Under the pieces are notes generated by a model, which saw only the letters and a program-made list of their open reading frames with translations, was not told where the DNA came from and made no database searches. 64,000 nt of DNA from Mobula hypostoma (lineage: Eukaryota), in contig NC_086108.1 in assembly GCF_963921235.1 (NCBI RefSeq), forward strand, positions 17,546,001-17,610,000, in the 5' to 3' direction. The position numbers and the translations under genes were made by a program. Shown in pieces: positions 63,421 through 64,000 of this stretch (positions within the stretch are counted from its first letter, which is position 1; every line of letters starts with the position of its first letter).

Positions 63421-63800
63421 GCGTAACAGGAGATGCGCGTACGGAGGAAGTGATGAGTGTGGGAATGTGCCGGCGCTTTACTTACGGCTGTAAGTGACAG
63501 GGAGCTTCACCAAGTGATGGTAGTGTCCGTACATGTTGCTGCCTGGCTGCTACTGGCGCTTCATTGCTGATGACTGCAGAGGCTGTTCTACGGACGACCA
63601 CAGGGTGCCGAGTCACCGGCCGTCCCACTGCCGGACACGTAAGAGCGCACCCCGTTTTAAGCGCTGTCCGTGCCCAGCTCCAGCACATGTGTCAGCGGCC
63701 GGTGGGTGCAACCGCTCCTGACTGCGCTCCTCCGCGCTCTTAAAGGAGCAGGGCAGCATAGCAGCACGAGTCGGCCGCTCAGCCTCTCTCGCCATGACTG
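63410..63800 (-). promoter_or_regulatory. rxrg: CpG-rich rxrg promoter / 5' UTR with TATA-like TTAAAA (63660-63655) and Inr-like GCAGTG (putative TSS ~63629)
   Basis: CpG-dense non-repeat segment surrounding exon 1. The TTAAAA first T lies 31 nt upstream of the A of CAGTG (canonical TATA-Inr spacing). The TSS is an inference. Confidence 0.6.
63486..63534 (-). CDS. rxrg: Retinoid X receptor gamma, coding exon 1 (MYGHYHHLVKLPVTYS + 1 nt)
   Basis: Minus strand reads gcaacATGTACGGACACTACCATCACTTGGTGAAGCTCCCTGTCACTTACAGCC|GTAAGT: 49 coding nt, phase-1 perfect donor. The peptide resembles the tetrapod RXRG N-terminus MYGNYSHFMKFPAGYG, whose first coding exon I recall as also 49 nt. Phase matches exon 2. 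Confidence 0.92.
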
Positions 63801-64000
63801 CCCCAGCTACAGAACAGCTGGAAGACTCGATTACATGGAATGTAATTCACTGGGGCCGTGCAAAGTGCGGACTTTCTACCCCATCATGAGATCTGTTCCC
63901 ACAACTCTTGTGAAACAACTTCATTTCTACCTTCAGCGTTTTGTAACCACTGAACCCCTTCCCTCTCCCCTGATCTGTTGTAACCAGAAAAACAGACAAT

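Larger units (their letters stand above)
1605..63485 (-). other. rxrg: rxrg intron 1 (61,881 bp, GT-AG, phase 1)
   Basis: Bounded by the exon 1 donor and exon 2 acceptor. The junction codon C+AC = His keeps the frame. No other recognisable host exon lies between them. Confidence 0.85.

Noticed and set aside
63482..63795. Longer upstream ORFs (63482-63688, 63613-63795)
   Set aside because: They start upstream of the predicted TSS in GC-rich DNA; not supportable without TSS data.

Overview
Vertebrate genomic DNA, most likely from a cartilaginous fish (ray or shark), inferred from the CR1, Rex1/Babar, V-SINE and Penelope repeat families. Almost the whole window is the ~61.9 kb first intron of a minus-strand retinoid X receptor gamma gene (rxrg). 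The 49-nt coding exon 1 (MYGHYHHLVKLPVTYS) lies at 63486-63534 under a CpG-rich promoter, and the 260-nt exon 2 (A/B domain) lies at 1345-1604. The intron is packed with nested transposable elements: young and old CR1 LINEs, Rex1/Babar and RTE LINE fragments, Penelope-like (GIY-YIG) fragments, SINEs, and hAT and mariner DNA elements. The most striking signal is RNA-structural. A ~580-bp TSD-flanked non-autonomous retroelement (9277-9855) begins exactly at the predicted cleavage site of a complete HDV-like nested double-pseudoknot ribozyme that carries an unusual extra hairpin in L3. A second SINE-like family carries a weaker HDV-like fold. Several ~180-200 bp TSD-flanked fold-back mini-elements are built from Penelope-type minimal hammerhead motifs. 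A candidate internal rxrg promoter (DR2 retinoid element, CRE, TATA-like box and splice donor) sits near 40.2 kb. All calls were made by eye; no searches or folding programs were run.
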